A DNA stretch of 60,872 bases, filler included, from Sphacelaria rigidula (GCA_964200075.2; 10 parts of 10 records of this genome joined end to end with filler, not necessarily neighbours in it); one strand, 5' to 3'. Positions 38,516-51,348 are shown, counted from the first letter of the whole stretch. The notes: generated by a model not told the origin, from the letters alone. Made by a program: numbers and translations.

Positions 38516-39107
38516 GTACGGCAGGTTTAGTACGGCACCGTACTAAACCGCTACGCCTGCATACACTTGCCACCAGCTTCGGGGTGTTTTCCCGCAGTAA
38601 TTCTTTGGCGGGGGGTGTCTCTTTGCATCCATTTTTTTAGAGCGTCGTTGATGTTACGTGTTAACCACGACCGCCTCACGACCCCACCAAATTCGGTGAT
38701 GACGCAATTTGAAAACAATTTAATGCGTTCATTTCAAATTGAATTGAATTGAACTGAAATGTGGAGCCGCCCATGCACAAGCCTTACCACACGACCATCC
38801 ATGTGTTCGTCTTGTAACTTTCGCAAGTATCAGACGGAGACAGGGGTATAGCTAGGAAGTGTAGTGCCACTCGGCCATGATTGTCGTAAGCGTACTGCAA
38901 CTCTACACTCCGATACTGTTATTCGTCCTGTAGCCGCTTCCCCACTTCCTCGAGACGGTGATGCGTGCTCACACACAGTAGACGAAAATCTTATTCCGAA
39001 TATTATTCTTCGTCCTCCGTGAAAGCCCCAAACTACGCAACGCATGATGTTGCTCCCCTCCCCTGACCCATCTCATACGCCACCGGCCGCCTCCCGCAAT
39101 ATCCCAG

Positions 39108-39320
39108 AGGGAGGAGCCGCGATACAACTACGAAAAGCCGGGTTCAAGTACAAACACTGATCGCTTTTCGGCCAACGTCTGGAGGGATACCACCCATGTG
39201 GGGTTTGGGGTGGGAAAGGCACGAATCAAGGACAAAACTTCGTACTACGTCGTCGCGTACTTTTTCCCTCGAGGCAACCTTCCGGGAGAGTTTGATCGTA
39301 ACGTTCTGCCCAAGGGTTCG
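39108..39320 (+). CDS. CAP/SCP domain protein, C-terminal domain exon
   Basis: REEPRYNYEKPGSSTNTDRFSANVWRDTTHVGFG...YYVVAYFFPRGNLPGEFDRNVLP matches the CAP1/CAP2 motifs; acceptor CCCAG, donor TCG|GTGAGT, phase 0. Confidence 0.9.
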
Positions 39321-39826
39321 GTGAGTCGCAATGCAGCAGTAGTAGAGCAAGGTGGCCGAAAAACGTGTAAAGAAGAATGCCGATGACCATTTCGACAGCT
39401 GGGCGAGGATGCACCATCATATTTGCTGATAGTATATTACTCTAGTCTCTGTCTGACGATATATTTGTATACTTGAAGGTGTACCCACTGTGTCTGGACA
39501 GGAAGTAGGTATCGCACTGGTATGGCAGCACCGATACATCTTACGTTACTATCTTACGTTACTACACTGTACGAGTACTGCTGTCGACTTGGTTGAGGGA
39601 ATACGAGTACTTAACCGACTGTCAGTACAGTTGTACCGCACTGGTGACTGTACGAGGGTAGTTGTATTGTGTCCACACTGCCAATAGTGCCGGCCCTCCG
39701 AATTACCCACTCGCCCGTTGCCTCTGTTCTCGAAACGTTCTAGAGTATCGTTCGTTCCTCTGTTATCCTCTTTCATTTTTCATCTGTCGACTGGTGTACT
39801 TCTACCCCGTTTCTCTGGTTTCGCAG

Positions 39827-39895
39827 GTTGCACCCAACGAAATTCCGCATACTGTTCATTCTCTCCGCCTACGGAATCGAATACACTATATATAA
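39827..39895 (+). CDS. Candidate last exon of the CAP-domain gene (VAPNEIPHTVHSLRLRNRIHYI*)
   Basis: Strong acceptor TTTCTCTGGTTTCGCAG, phase 0. Confidence 0.5.
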   Translation, partial: VAPNEIPHTVHSLRLRNRIHYI

Positions 39896-40642
39896 CAGTA
39901 GTGTCGTGTTGCAGTGTCGTACTGGTGGCCTCTACCCTTTGCGGTCCACGTAACACGCGTACGACAGCAATGCACAATCCATGCGTTGGGAGCTTTTCAC
40001 GGGAATTCATTCTTGGAATAATTGTCATAACTGAATAAGATAGTCAACCCCAGGAATCCTTCGGCAAGTGGTGATGTGCCTAGAATACCCGAGACATTTT
40101 TTGCAAATCGTAGTCATATCGGCGTTGGGATTCTAGGGACAGTAGTGCATACGAAGCAACAATCAACCATCGTGTATTGTGTTGACTGACTCGAGCAAAC
40201 CCTACCTGTGCTCTCTGTACAGGGCAAAGAACTCCTACTCATGCCTCGAATGTTGCGGGGTCTAGGGTACCCGAGTAGCACACATGCACCTGCAGCAGTT
40301 CCGTTTTTTTTTCTTTCTAAGCAGCTCGCTAGGTATTCCTTGCCTGCCCCTCAACCGGTCGGCGGGTGTGAGTGAGCTAAGGGTTCAGGTTCTGGAGATA
40401 TCGGAGTACATCCCAACAGTGCACACACGAGGGTATCGGATAGTGCTGTCCCATCCCAGAACAGTACAGAGCAGTTGCATGTCATGTTTCATGTTTCGCA
40501 CGTGAATACAAGTGCTGTTGATGTGGCTTGCCTGTCTTACGTCAAGTGCCGGTCGTCTTTTCTTTCGTCTCCCCCCAGTAGGAGCGAAGAAGGATTGTAA
40601 ACATGTAGCATGTGTAATGCCGTTTTTCAAGGTGCACTACTG

Positions 40643-40988
40643 TCTTGTCGTCCCATGTATTCTGGACGCCAGTGTACACCTTTCGATATACGTGAGCTTG
40701 TGGGCGCACCAGCCGGGGTCACACGAGAGGAAGGCCAACGCAGGACTTTCTCTTAGTTCTCCACCTTCCTCCTGCAGTCCTCAACCCTCTCCTTTTATCG
40801 CGAGAGGATATCAGCAAACCCTTCGCCTCGTCGACCATTGGGTCGAATTTTGTGTACCCGCGACATAGTCGCTCTCCACTCTTGACAGTTTTCGAGAAAA
40901 AATCCCAGATCGCTCCGAGATTCAAACGCACGACCCAACCGCCGTTATAAGCTTTCGAGGTTCACCAACTGAGCCGTGGGGCGACTGG
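40643..40988 (-). mobile_element. tRNA-derived SINE, family 1
   Basis: Reverse complement of the family 1 head and body. Confidence 0.85.
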
Positions 40989-41601
40989 TATGACACCGTC
41001 TGTTGAATTTGGATGCTCCAGCTTAATTACTTACTGTTGTAATGACGACATACAGTAAAACTAAAGCATACACAACAGCGGTTCCAGACATGGAGACATG
41101 GATATTCTCTGCAACGCGCCGAGTCTAGTGATACTCGAAAGGCAAATCGGGGTGTTTTTGGCTCGCGACACAAAACATGTGTTGCCACACCTGGACAAAC
41201 TATTGCATCGTCAAGAGGTGTGCTGCGTACAGTATGGACTATCGCGTGTATTGCAGCAGATGGACATTTAATCCCATACTGTCGAGCAGTGCATTTACGA
41301 CACCAGGGTATACAGGATCACGGCGCTTTACGCTGGAGTCACGCTCTCATCTTGTTGTGTGTTGGTAATCTGACGGTTGCGGTGAACAGAAGCATAAATT
41401 GGTGTCGCTTGCTCCTTGTCTCATGAGAGTATCTTGCCCTAGCTTCGTAGCGCGGCGCAGCAACAGTTGTCCTGTTCTGATCCCAGTGTGAGAAGCCAGC
41501 GCAGGGGGGTTCTGTATGCTCCATGTACGCTGTACGTCACACAACGTTGCGGGTGCTGCGTCGTCCGTACTGTACCAAATGCTCCAGGCCTCCAGTCCAA
41601 A

Positions 41602-41879
41602 CACTGTTTCCGTGAGATTGAAGGTGAAGAACGGTTAATGAGTAAATGCATCGTTTCAGTTCCGAAATACCCCTCCACGAGGCCCGGTATATTTTCTGTA
41701 GTAGCCTCCCACTGACGCCCTTGATACCCCCTGAGTAGGGTATCGATGTGTAGCTGTAAACACATGCAAGTGATGGAGGTAACGAAAGGCACACACGGAA
41801 CGAAAAGTTGGCTAGATTGAAGGGAATTACCAAAGCTACTCTAAATGAGCGCCCTACTCTTGACCTCACGAAAACATGG
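41602..41879. mobile_element. Inverted, diverged copy of the MITE at 390-684
   Basis: Body aligns in reverse over about 270 bp; ends CACTGTTTCCGTGAGATTGA and TGACCTCACGAAAACATGG. Confidence 0.75.
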
Positions 41880-42583
41880 TTTCCATCTGTTATCCTGCCA
41901 TCGCCGTAGCTATGACATCCTTCTCGCCCTACTTACCGGTATACCATGCTCATCACTCGAAAAATGAAATCGATCAACTCATCTGTGTATCTCCGGGCGT
42001 ATATATATATATATATATAGAAATATATTTCCTTGATGGAAGGAGAAAACCCAACCCAACACTTACCCCGCTGACGATCGCAAACGATCGCGGGCGTATG
42101 GTGCAAGGGACCCCACCGAATACTTGTGAAACGATCGGAATACTTGTTCGCCAGCGTTCTGTGGGAAGACTGTTTTGTCACCTTGAAAAACGGTCTTGAA
42201 ATGATGTGTTCGTCTAGTCCAAGATATAAATGTTTTGAAGTCAAGACCAATAGCCCTCTCAAGTTCAGTTTCCTGCTTACTACTCCATGGTGATGTCACG
42301 TGCTTCTGATATTCTGTGAAATGGAGGGTCAAAGGAAGGGCGGAGTACACCGTCTCCAGACCCCAGTCAACAGCCGCACGGTACACAGGCGATCTCTACC
42401 GTTGATCGCGGGTCTGAACGTAGACGATAGACCGCCAATCTCCGCCGTTCCATCTGAGACGGGAAGATGATTAACCCTTTTTGGACCGACCCCCCACTAA
42501 AAGACCCACTTTTATGGCAAACGAATCCCGATTTTTTTGGAGCTCGATTTTGAAAAAATCGGCGGGACTCAAATTCGTGTACT

Positions 42584-42683
42584 NNNNNNNNNNNNNNNNN
42601 NNNNNNNNNNNNNNNNNNNNNNNNNNNTTAATTAATTAANNNNNNNNNNNNNNNNNNNNNNNNNNNNNNNNNNNNNNNNNNNN
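42584..42683. other. Artificial contig linker
   Basis: N44-TTAATTAATTAA-N44. Confidence 0.99.
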
Positions 42684-42970
42684 CTATCGTAGGATGACTC
42701 CAATCTCGAGACATCGGAGCCAAGTGAATCTGAAAGGTCTGCTAGACTCCTCTCTGTGGGGTGATGCAAAGAGTCCGAGACGTATGTTGCCGATTTTCCC
42801 TGTCTGGGGGTCAAAACGTGGGTCGAACGTCGCAAGAGTAAACAACCCGTGGACCAAAAATCTGTTTGCCATACCATCCGGCCTGAACCCAAACATCAGG
42901 CGCTCTATGTTGTTTTTTGTTCGTGACACTTTTGGGCTGGTTTTGGGCGGGGGCTATCGTAGAAAGTATC
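42684..42970. mobile_element. GAGTCATCC terminus abutting the right part of a GACACTTT-family MITE
   Basis: CTATCGTAGGATGACTC at 42684-42700; GGGGGCTATCGTAGAAAGTATC at about 42950-42970. Confidence 0.7.
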
Positions 42971-43191
42971 CTCTCTACTGTATCCGTTGCTTGACCCAAC
43001 CATCGATGATACGACAACCGCCCGTTGGTGACGGAAGAGTCTAACTTGACCCTGACACCAGCCCCGAGATCGCAACGGTACGGTGTTCCACAACCCACGG
43101 GATCACAAAAGACCGACGCGCCGTGAGTTTTAAGTCCAGTTATTGTATCGATGCGGAGAGACTCGGGAACCTTTCCCCGGGAGAAAGAGGC

Positions 43192-43847
43192 GTCGTTGTT
43201 GTGGCGTCTGTGAACGGCAAATGAGCGGGAAAAAGGCCGAATGTGGGCGCCATGGTTGGAGTTGGCGCGTCGACTCCCTTGCGCGCGATGTGCTGCATCA
43301 GATAAAGTGTAGAGAACGATGGCCTAGGACAGGTACGTCCTCGGCCGATCGGTGGCCCAGATGAGGTACGATTGAAGAAGAATTCCTAAATCAGGTATAC
43401 CTGGCCGAAATTTTGGCCTAGAAAAGGTAAGCGGTTTTTGGAGGCGAGACATCCGTTCTTGCGGGGCCATATCTCGCGAGTAACATATTTTCTCCGGTTT
43501 TCTTCTCGAGGCCCAGTTGCCAGGGATGTGCGTGAAACATTCGGAGCGAAAACAGTCAAAATGGCGTGTTTTGCTGTTTTCGCGTTTCCGTTTCTGGCCA
43601 TTTTTCGTACCTTTCTTATGCGAAAACCGAAAATGTATACCTTTTCTAGGCCATTGCCCGAGAATGAATAAGGTACAATGAAAAAAGCAAGAGTAATGGT
43701 CTAGAAAAGGTATATCTCCTCGTATTATGCCCAAGAAAGGTACGAAGAATGACCAGAAGTGCGAAGTTAGCCAAACACACAATCTAGCCCGATTTCGCTC
43801 CAAATGTTTCACGCACAGCAATCGGGAGGCTCCTTGGCACCTGTTGC

Positions 43848-43890
<43 letters not shown>

Positions 43891-44877
43891 GCTGCTGCTG
43901 CTGCTGCTACTGTTGTTGTTGTCATTGCTGTCTTCACATGAAAAACCGTCCCGATATCTGCGCGGTACATTCGCACTGGGCATCTGATGCGGATGCCTTC
44001 CGTGGTCACAGGCTGGCAAAAAAACAAAAACCAAGATAGACCCAGATCAAAACTCACAAAACGCGATACAAGCAAATCAGGGATAAATACTAAAGAAGAA
44101 AGAGAGTACCTACGGCTAACCTCAGAAGATCCGGTGCCGCAGGTGGCCATTCGGACTTCAGAGGGTGGCACCCGGCTTTCCAACTCGACGCGCGACGCCA
44201 AGTAGAAATGAACACAGGACCCGACTACCGGCGAGACTCAAGGCCCCAAATACCGCCATCCAAAGAACTAAGAATCGCAAGGTTCCATCTTTCGGCCTCT
44301 CGAGGGACAGCCATGCGTTCAAGCATACCAGGTGTATCAAGACAAGCACTGCATGACATAACGACACCCCTCATCGAGGGGGGGGGTTCACCCCCCACCC
44401 CCCCCTTCTCTGGACCGTCGTCATTGCTGCACTTTTTGCGCTTTGTTGGTCTCCTATCTAATCGCACGCACTCGGCTGGCCTTCTCTTCATTTGTGTGCC
44501 ATGAAGTCATGAACCTCTCCGCTCCCTGCAGCACTTCCGCTTGCAACGGTGGCACCTGGATCTCGAAACAAAACAGAAAAAAACATGCTACTCGCAATGT
44601 ATGGCCATGAGCAGAAGGACGCCTCACCTCCAGGAACCACTTCCCCTTCCTAGGCCAAATTAAGGCCAGTTATACCTGATCTAGGAGTTCTTTTTCAATC
44701 GTACCTCATCTGGGCCACCAGTCGTCTCAGAAAGCTATCCTGGGCCATCGCTTCCGACACTGTACCCGATGCGGCACACTGCGCGCAAGGGAACCCACGC
44801 GCCAACTCTAACCTTGGCGCCCACGCATTCGGCTCTTTTCTCGCCCATTTGCCGTTCACGAACGCCACAACGACCAC
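43192..44877. mobile_element. Non-coding element bounded by ~235-bp inverted repeats, containing an inner ~330-bp foldback
   Basis: 43192-43427 is an imperfect reverse complement of 44644-44877; 43514-43843 is nearly palindromic. Confidence 0.75.
43842..43930. repeat. (GTT)n/(GCT)n compound microsatellite
   Basis: Seen directly. Confidence 0.95.
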
Positions 44878-44908
44878 ATGTTATTGATCCTAACGACACA
44901 ACCATTGA

Positions 44909-45066
44909 TCCTTTTGGGACCAGACTTCCAGAAACATGGTGTTTACAAGCAGGGTTCTTTTTGTTTCTCGGGATCATCGTCAGTTGTTTTCAAGTCAATT
45001 ACTGCCGATTCACAAGAAAGTCCTCGCGTGCAAACACCATGTTCTGGGAGTCCGGTCCCAAAAGGG
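44909..45066. mobile_element. piggyBac-like MITE, ~158 bp
   Basis: TIR CCTTTTGGGACCAGACTTCCAGAAACATGGTGTTT versus its reverse complement; flanks TTGA and GTAA (decayed TTAA). Related ends at about 42471, 45401 and 45631. Confidence 0.65.
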
Positions 45067-48000
45067 GTAACAAGGGTTAGGTATATGGAAGGAATAAGCC
45101 CCTTGATAGCTTCTACAAGGCGTGGGTCTCTTCTTCAGCAGTTTGGTGCGGAGTACACACCGGGTTGTGTCTTGTGTGGGCGGGCGAGGCAGCTGGGCTG
45201 AATTTGCATAGCAAAGATGCCCCGTGTTCATCCGAGGAATGTCCCTTCCGGGATATTCCTCCGAGGTATTGCTCCGAGGTATTCCTTTGAGATATCCCAG
45301 GAACGGTTCTGCCTCTATCTGTGTAACCCCGGCCAGAACAACGGTTCTGGACGGCCATCTGACGTCACTCTACCTGTCAATCTATGGCGGCATTTACAGC
45401 TAAACCTTTTGGTACCGGACTCCCCACAACGGTATGCCTGTGACGATTTCCCCCAATTTCCCCCCAGAGTCGTGTGTTGGTGGCAGGTGTCCATTTGTGT
45501 TGTTTTCAAGTCAAAATGATGACAACTCACATCCAGGTTTTGTAAATTGGAATCATTTTGGCTAGAAAACAACACAAATGGACACCTGCCACTAACACAC
45601 GGTCGTGGGGGGAAAGGGCTTCAGGAAGGTCAAGCCCTTGGGGACCGAAGTCCCAGAAACATGGTGTTTGCGCGCAGCGACCTTTTTGTGAATCGGCATA
45701 AAGTTTACTTGAAAATGACTGGGAATTAGAGGTCTGTTCACCACTTGGTATGTATTGAAGATAATTCTCGGAAATTTACGGTTTGTGCAGGTGCTGACGA
45801 TCATTACTATTATTTTCTCACATACGCCTGACGCATGGAACAACACCTCTCGCGACATCTGTTTGTCACCAACTGTCACCTCGATAGTGACAGTCGCGGA
45901 AAAAATGCGCCGCTTTTCAGCAAGAGCGAGCACACATACCCGACGAACACACGCTCATTCAATGACACACACGCACCCTCAAGTATACACACACAAAGAC
46001 ACTAAGCAGTATTCCTGCTGCCCCTGGAGGTGTCAGGTTCCTGTAGTGTACCAGCTTGGAGGAGAAAACCTCACTTGATACATACGGTAGTATTGTCATG
46101 AGGAAGGAAGATGGAGAGGCGTTATTTGTTCCCACAGACATCTTTGGGGCAGGTTGGCTTACACATCATCCGACCTGTCCACGGGAATGCTCCCATAGTT
46201 CTGGGAAAGGTTGATGTACAGGCTACGTTCTAGAGACGATTGATGCACAGGCTGGTATATCCTAGCTGGGGAAGATTAGTGTGCAGGCTCACATGCCCTG
46301 GTCCCGAAGAGGCAAACGCCTTCTCGGGCCGAGTTCAGATAGGTTGCGTTGCATATACCTCATGCACCCTCGCTCACTCTTGAGCTACCCTTCAAGCCAG
46401 ACCATCTGCTCCTACTGTTTACCTTTGGTGAGAACAGTGTGCTGGGCGATCAAGGGAATAATCAGTGAGAGTTAAAAGATACAAGCCTTTGAGCTCCCTT
46501 TGCTTGTTTGCTGCTGTGACCGACAGTCACGTGAATCTGCACGTGTGTATTTGCAGGTTGTTTTACTCGGACACATCGCACCTTGTGCATCTCACAAGCT
46601 TGCAGTACATTGATCTATCAAGGAAGGTGTGTGGAGTCAGTCCACACTTCTTCTCATTACACTGGCGTTCGACTGATTGGCCGTGTCTTGCTTGGTTTTT
46701 CAGTAGCCCACGCGTATTCTCGTAGCCTTGTTGCCTTGTCCAGCTGTCTCTTTCTGTAGCCCACGTTTGCTGCTCCTTACTATTGGTTCATCCGTACTTT
46801 TTCGCTCTAGTTAGTAGCAGTTTCAACAGTCCTTCGTTTCCGTTTAGCTTTTAAAGTGGTTTTTCTTTTGCTGTACTACAGTGCTGTCTCCCTCCATTTC
46901 TTCAGTTGCATCTCCGCCGCGCAACTCCGCCGCAGCAGAAACAACTGCAACCTGCCATTTGTCCCTCTCCTGCTTTGGTCGCTCCTTTTGCTGGGCCGCA
47001 CTCTTGCTTTACAGTGCCCTTGTTCTGTTGTCATCGTCCTTTTCAACCCCTCATCGTCCTTTTCAACCCCGCCTAGCGCTGTGTCAGCTGGCTTTTTGTA
47101 AACTCTTCTTGCGGACAGTTGACACTATACCTTACTGAACCGTTACAGAACACGCTGTTTTTATCTTACGGCGAAAGCGACTGTACCTTTTCCCCTTCCA
47201 GGACGTGACACTTGTGTGCCGCTGCTGTGTTTACAGTGCGGTGTCCTTTTACTCTTGACACTGACTGCTTAGTGTCTTCATACTTTTTCGGTGCGACAAT
47301 TGCGTAGACACAACTGCCGCAGCAGAGTTGTGGTAGTATCGACCGCCGCTCCAGCGTGCAGAGTACTGTAGTGCACACTATTTGTTCTTCCGCGCGATAA
47401 TCTGCACCAACCCAACTGATACATTCGGGTGCTGTACGTCTCTCATGGCATCTCTCATCAGGTTTCTATCACACCTCCGCCCCGCTACTACATTTTTCGC
47501 TGGGTGAGCACTACGTGGTCAACTTTTCACTTTTGGGTGGCCATTCCCCGACGCGCTTTTCCTCTTTTGTACGTGTACTGGTGAATACATTTTGTTTTAT
47601 TTTTCGCGCGGGTACTACATACACGGTTTCCTTTTCCTTTTGGCCTTGCACAGCGTGTTCCACTTTTCTCTCTTTGGTGCTCTACTACCTGGATCGCTTT
47701 ACGATTCCCTGCTTTCTTGTTTGAAATTTCGTATCCCCCTGTAGTCTTTTCAACTTGGCGCCTGACCTGCACCAACAATTTGGTGTTTCAGTCGGCTGCT
47801 ACAGCTGTCTTCTCTTGGACCCTTGCACTTGAGTTCACTGTTTCGCACCCTCGCTGCCGCACTTTTGATTCTCCTTCTGTGTTGAATTTCGCAGATAATC
47901 GTCTCCCTTTTCGCAACGTGTTCTACACTTGTATTGGTGCCTACTTCCGCGGTCTCGAGTGGTGTTTTTCTACACCTCCTGTGTGAGGTATTATACTTGC

Positions 48001-48597
48001 ACCACTGAAATACCCTTGTCCAGCGTGTGCCTGGCCACTAGTCCAATAATACTTGGACACCAAACTCTGTCGGTGGAACGGTCATGTCTGTTCGTAACGA
48101 AAGAGAACCGTCCGTCCGTGCAAGCTTCGATGCTTAACCTTTTTCGGCAGACACTTTTAATGGCGTATATGTCGTTTCCACGACTGCTTTCATCACCGAT
48201 GACCCACATTTGCGGACCCCCTTGCTTTCGCCTTCGGCTCGCAAGGATGCTTTTCGTCGCCATGCTAACACATGCATCAAGTGCAATGGTACTGGCCACT
48301 GTATGCGAGATTGACCTGAACCTTGCATCAACATGTTTTCGCTCATAAGCCCTGAACTTCAGAGCAACAGGCAGGCGTGGCGCCGATGGCAAAAACGTAT
48401 GCGCGAGTATAATCCACCTTCTTGCCACCCTCGCCAGCCTTACCACAATCATAGCGACTCTCGCTCAAATCGCGACCGCAGCCACACCACTAACACAGTC
48501 TCAGGTACTCGCCATAGAGATAGTGCTTTCCGCCCTTCTTAGTCTTCGCATGGTCATCACCAGCAAACAGGGCCGACTCACAACAACACCAGCCCCA

Positions 48598-48680
48598 GAG
48601 TCATCCTACAATAGGGGGAGGGTATTTGGTTGCCCGAAAAACGAGGCTCATCAGTGTGTCAGACATCCTTCCACACTTGC
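48598..48680. mobile_element. GAGTCATCC-family transposon terminus
   Basis: Matches 5907-5990. Confidence 0.75.
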
Positions 48681-48780
48681 NNNNNNNNNNNNNNNNNNNN
48701 NNNNNNNNNNNNNNNNNNNNNNNNTTAATTAATTAANNNNNNNNNNNNNNNNNNNNNNNNNNNNNNNNNNNNNNNNNNNN
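48681..48780. other. Artificial contig linker
   Basis: N44-TTAATTAATTAA-N44. Confidence 0.99.
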
Positions 48781-49662
48781 TGATTCTCATTTCAAAATAC
48801 GTTCTCATTTTTCTGGCAACCCTGTTAATTTCAATCACTTACCCCTAATTACCGCAAAAACGGGGATGATTCGTGTTGTATCCCCGGGTTTCCACAGCTC
48901 TACACTAAAATCAGTACATTGACGCCAAGAGTATTCTAGAATTAGTATATTAACGCCAGAGAGAAGGTTTGAACGCACTTCTTGGCGCGTTTGTAATGCA
49001 CTTCTCATAGATGTATAGCAGTACACATGTACTCCGGTGTAATGCTAAGTATGTATTATGTATATCTACTTGTATGGATACATGTGCTGATGCTTGTCCT
49101 ACGTGTGTTGCATGTTGTTATGTTTATTGTAGACTATTTCTCATCATCACTTGTTTCGCATACCTTGCGTATGTACTTGTACGCAAGGTACGAAGTACAA
49201 GTGCTTCGAGTACATTTTATTACGTCTCTTCGTCGTACCAGTTATCCTTTTTGTAGTACCACACTTCCGCACCATTATTCCACCCCATCTTATCACTGCT
49301 ATAATATTGTCGCCTTGTCTCCGCCGGTCTTCTTTCAATTTGTGAGTGCAAGTGAGTCCGATGAAGCGTGCTGTCAGCCTGGTAAACCTAGAAATTGCGC
49401 ACAAATTGCAAGACGCTCTCACTCTTAGTATACACACGCACAAGATGAAACCATGCTGGCATGTAACCAAGTATCTCCCGTATCATACTGCCCTCGCTAT
49501 GCTCGTCACAACTTTGCAACGCTGCGAGAAAAATGTGGGGCCCGTGGATGCGACCGAAATTTGGGACCCTTATTACCGCCAAAATATGTATCACCTACTC
49601 CCCATAGGTGTTAACGGTAATTGCGGGTGCACAGGTCATGGACATCCTTGGTTTCGACCACC

Positions 49663-49961
49663 GCGCTCTGGTGGTGTCATGGTCCGGCTGTCGACATTAG
49701 GGTGGAGAATGGGGGTTCGATTCCCGATGCGTTGGGTTTTTTCTTCGTGATATCTGATTTCCACCCTGGAAAGCGTGAGAACGTGAGTAAACAAAGTTGT
49801 CGACCGAGTTTTGTTTGACGTGAGTTGACGCGGTGCGGGAGTGCTGAATCGAGCCGCAAGACCAAAATGCTAGGCATGTACCGGGGGAGATATGGGATGA
49901 TCACCTGAGACCACGGACTCGTCTCGAGGAAGGGGACGGTTTCGAAGTGCGACAAAAGAAA
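49663..49961 (+). mobile_element. tRNA-derived SINE, family 2
   Basis: A box TGGTGTCATGG (49672-49682), B box GGTTCGATTCC (49714-49724); the 3' 80 bp are shared with fragments at 17.3 and 30.3 kb. Confidence 0.6.
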
Positions 49962-50087
49962 TGTGTTGCGACGGCATAATCTCCGAAGTCTACACATATA
50001 TTGGCTAAAGTAAAATACGATCGCATTAGCCTACCCAATATGTGAATCTTGTTGAGTACGATCTAATTACTCAACCTTTTTTGGATG

Positions 50088-50115
50088 CTTATTACTATTA
50101 TTATTATTATTATTA

Positions 50116-50155
<40 letters not shown>

Positions 50156-50180
50156 CATTATTATCATTGTTATTATTATT

Positions 50181-50212
<32 letters not shown>

Positions 50213-50250
50213 TATTATTATTATTGTTATTATGATTATTATCATCATCA

Positions 50251-50296
<46 letters not shown>

Positions 50297-50297
50297 G
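50088..50297. repeat. (TAT)n/(CAT)n compound microsatellite
   Basis: About 210 bp; the poly-Y/I/H ORFs are spurious. Confidence 0.97.
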
Positions 50298-51236
50298 ATA
50301 TCTGCCACATTAGCTCGGTCTCTCGAACCCGTGGTCACATAGTGCAAGGAGCATACCACCCATACCCACAACCCAAACAGCCGGCAGAAGAAGGCAAGAA
50401 ACAAAACATCTACATGAAAAAAAGCTTAGAGTACCATTATTCAAAATACCCAAACGTGGGGAATACCCCACCCAACACACCGTTGAATTGCTGTCAAAGG
50501 CACCACAATAATAACCACAACGAAAAGCACCGACGAAATACATACATGGGACGTTTCCGGGGAGAAAAAAACAAAGAAGCGAGGATCACATGATGTACTG
50601 AATGCTATCGTACACACCGGCAACCCATCAGCTTAAACCCAATCCCGACTTGGTAAACCGCAGAATCGCCATCGTTCAATTCGAAAAATAACTACAGGAA
50701 CCAGATGACCAACCCCGGCGGTCGAGGAGTCAACAACCCCAACACTACTCACCGAATGGGATATGGACATGATAGTATCGTGACCGATCAGAAAATTGTG
50801 TCCTTCCCAGATTTTGGGGGAAACAAAACGTTAAAAACCCTGAAAGGCCCTCTTGCTTCTTCTAACTTTATACGTAACCTCTTCACTATCTCTGTCTGTC
50901 CCTGCCTCTTTTCAATCGACTCTTCTATGGTTTTCGTCCAGTAGACTTTGGAGTAGCCAAGCTTTCCACGAGGAAAACTAAGCTGAAGTAAGCATGCATG
51001 TATGCATGTATCGCGGCTCAGAATACAAAGCGAAATATATAGGCGACGCACGAGACACACCATGATGGCTCTACACCAGTAGCTACAAAATTGTCGACTA
51101 CACCGCCTTGCTCTAGGCGTGTTCTACTGACGGTGGTCCACGTTCAAAACATGTTTTCATTCATGTAGACGAAGTCGACCTAGAAGCGGTGATTAAGTAT
51201 CATCGGACACATACGCACACATGCACACACCCCAAG

Positions 51237-51348
51237 CCCTCCTCCACACACACATGGATGCTTTGTGTCGAAAGGGATGCGTGGTCAATGGTCAAACGAC
51301 TAAGGCAAGCAACAAGTGATTCCCCCTCCCCTCCCCCCCCACACACAC
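51237..51348 (+). mobile_element. Short LINE family A 3' fragment between C-rich near-duplications
   Basis: TCGAAAGGGATGCGTGGTCAATGGTCAAACGACTAAGGCAAGCAACAAGTGA; flanks CCCTCCTCCACACACAC and CCTCCCCCCCACACACAC. Confidence 0.75.

Noticed and set aside
50042..50593. Poly-Tyr/His and poly-Ile ORFs (also poly-Val at 1579 and poly-Leu/Asn at 43.8 kb)
   Set aside because: They are translations of trinucleotide microsatellites.
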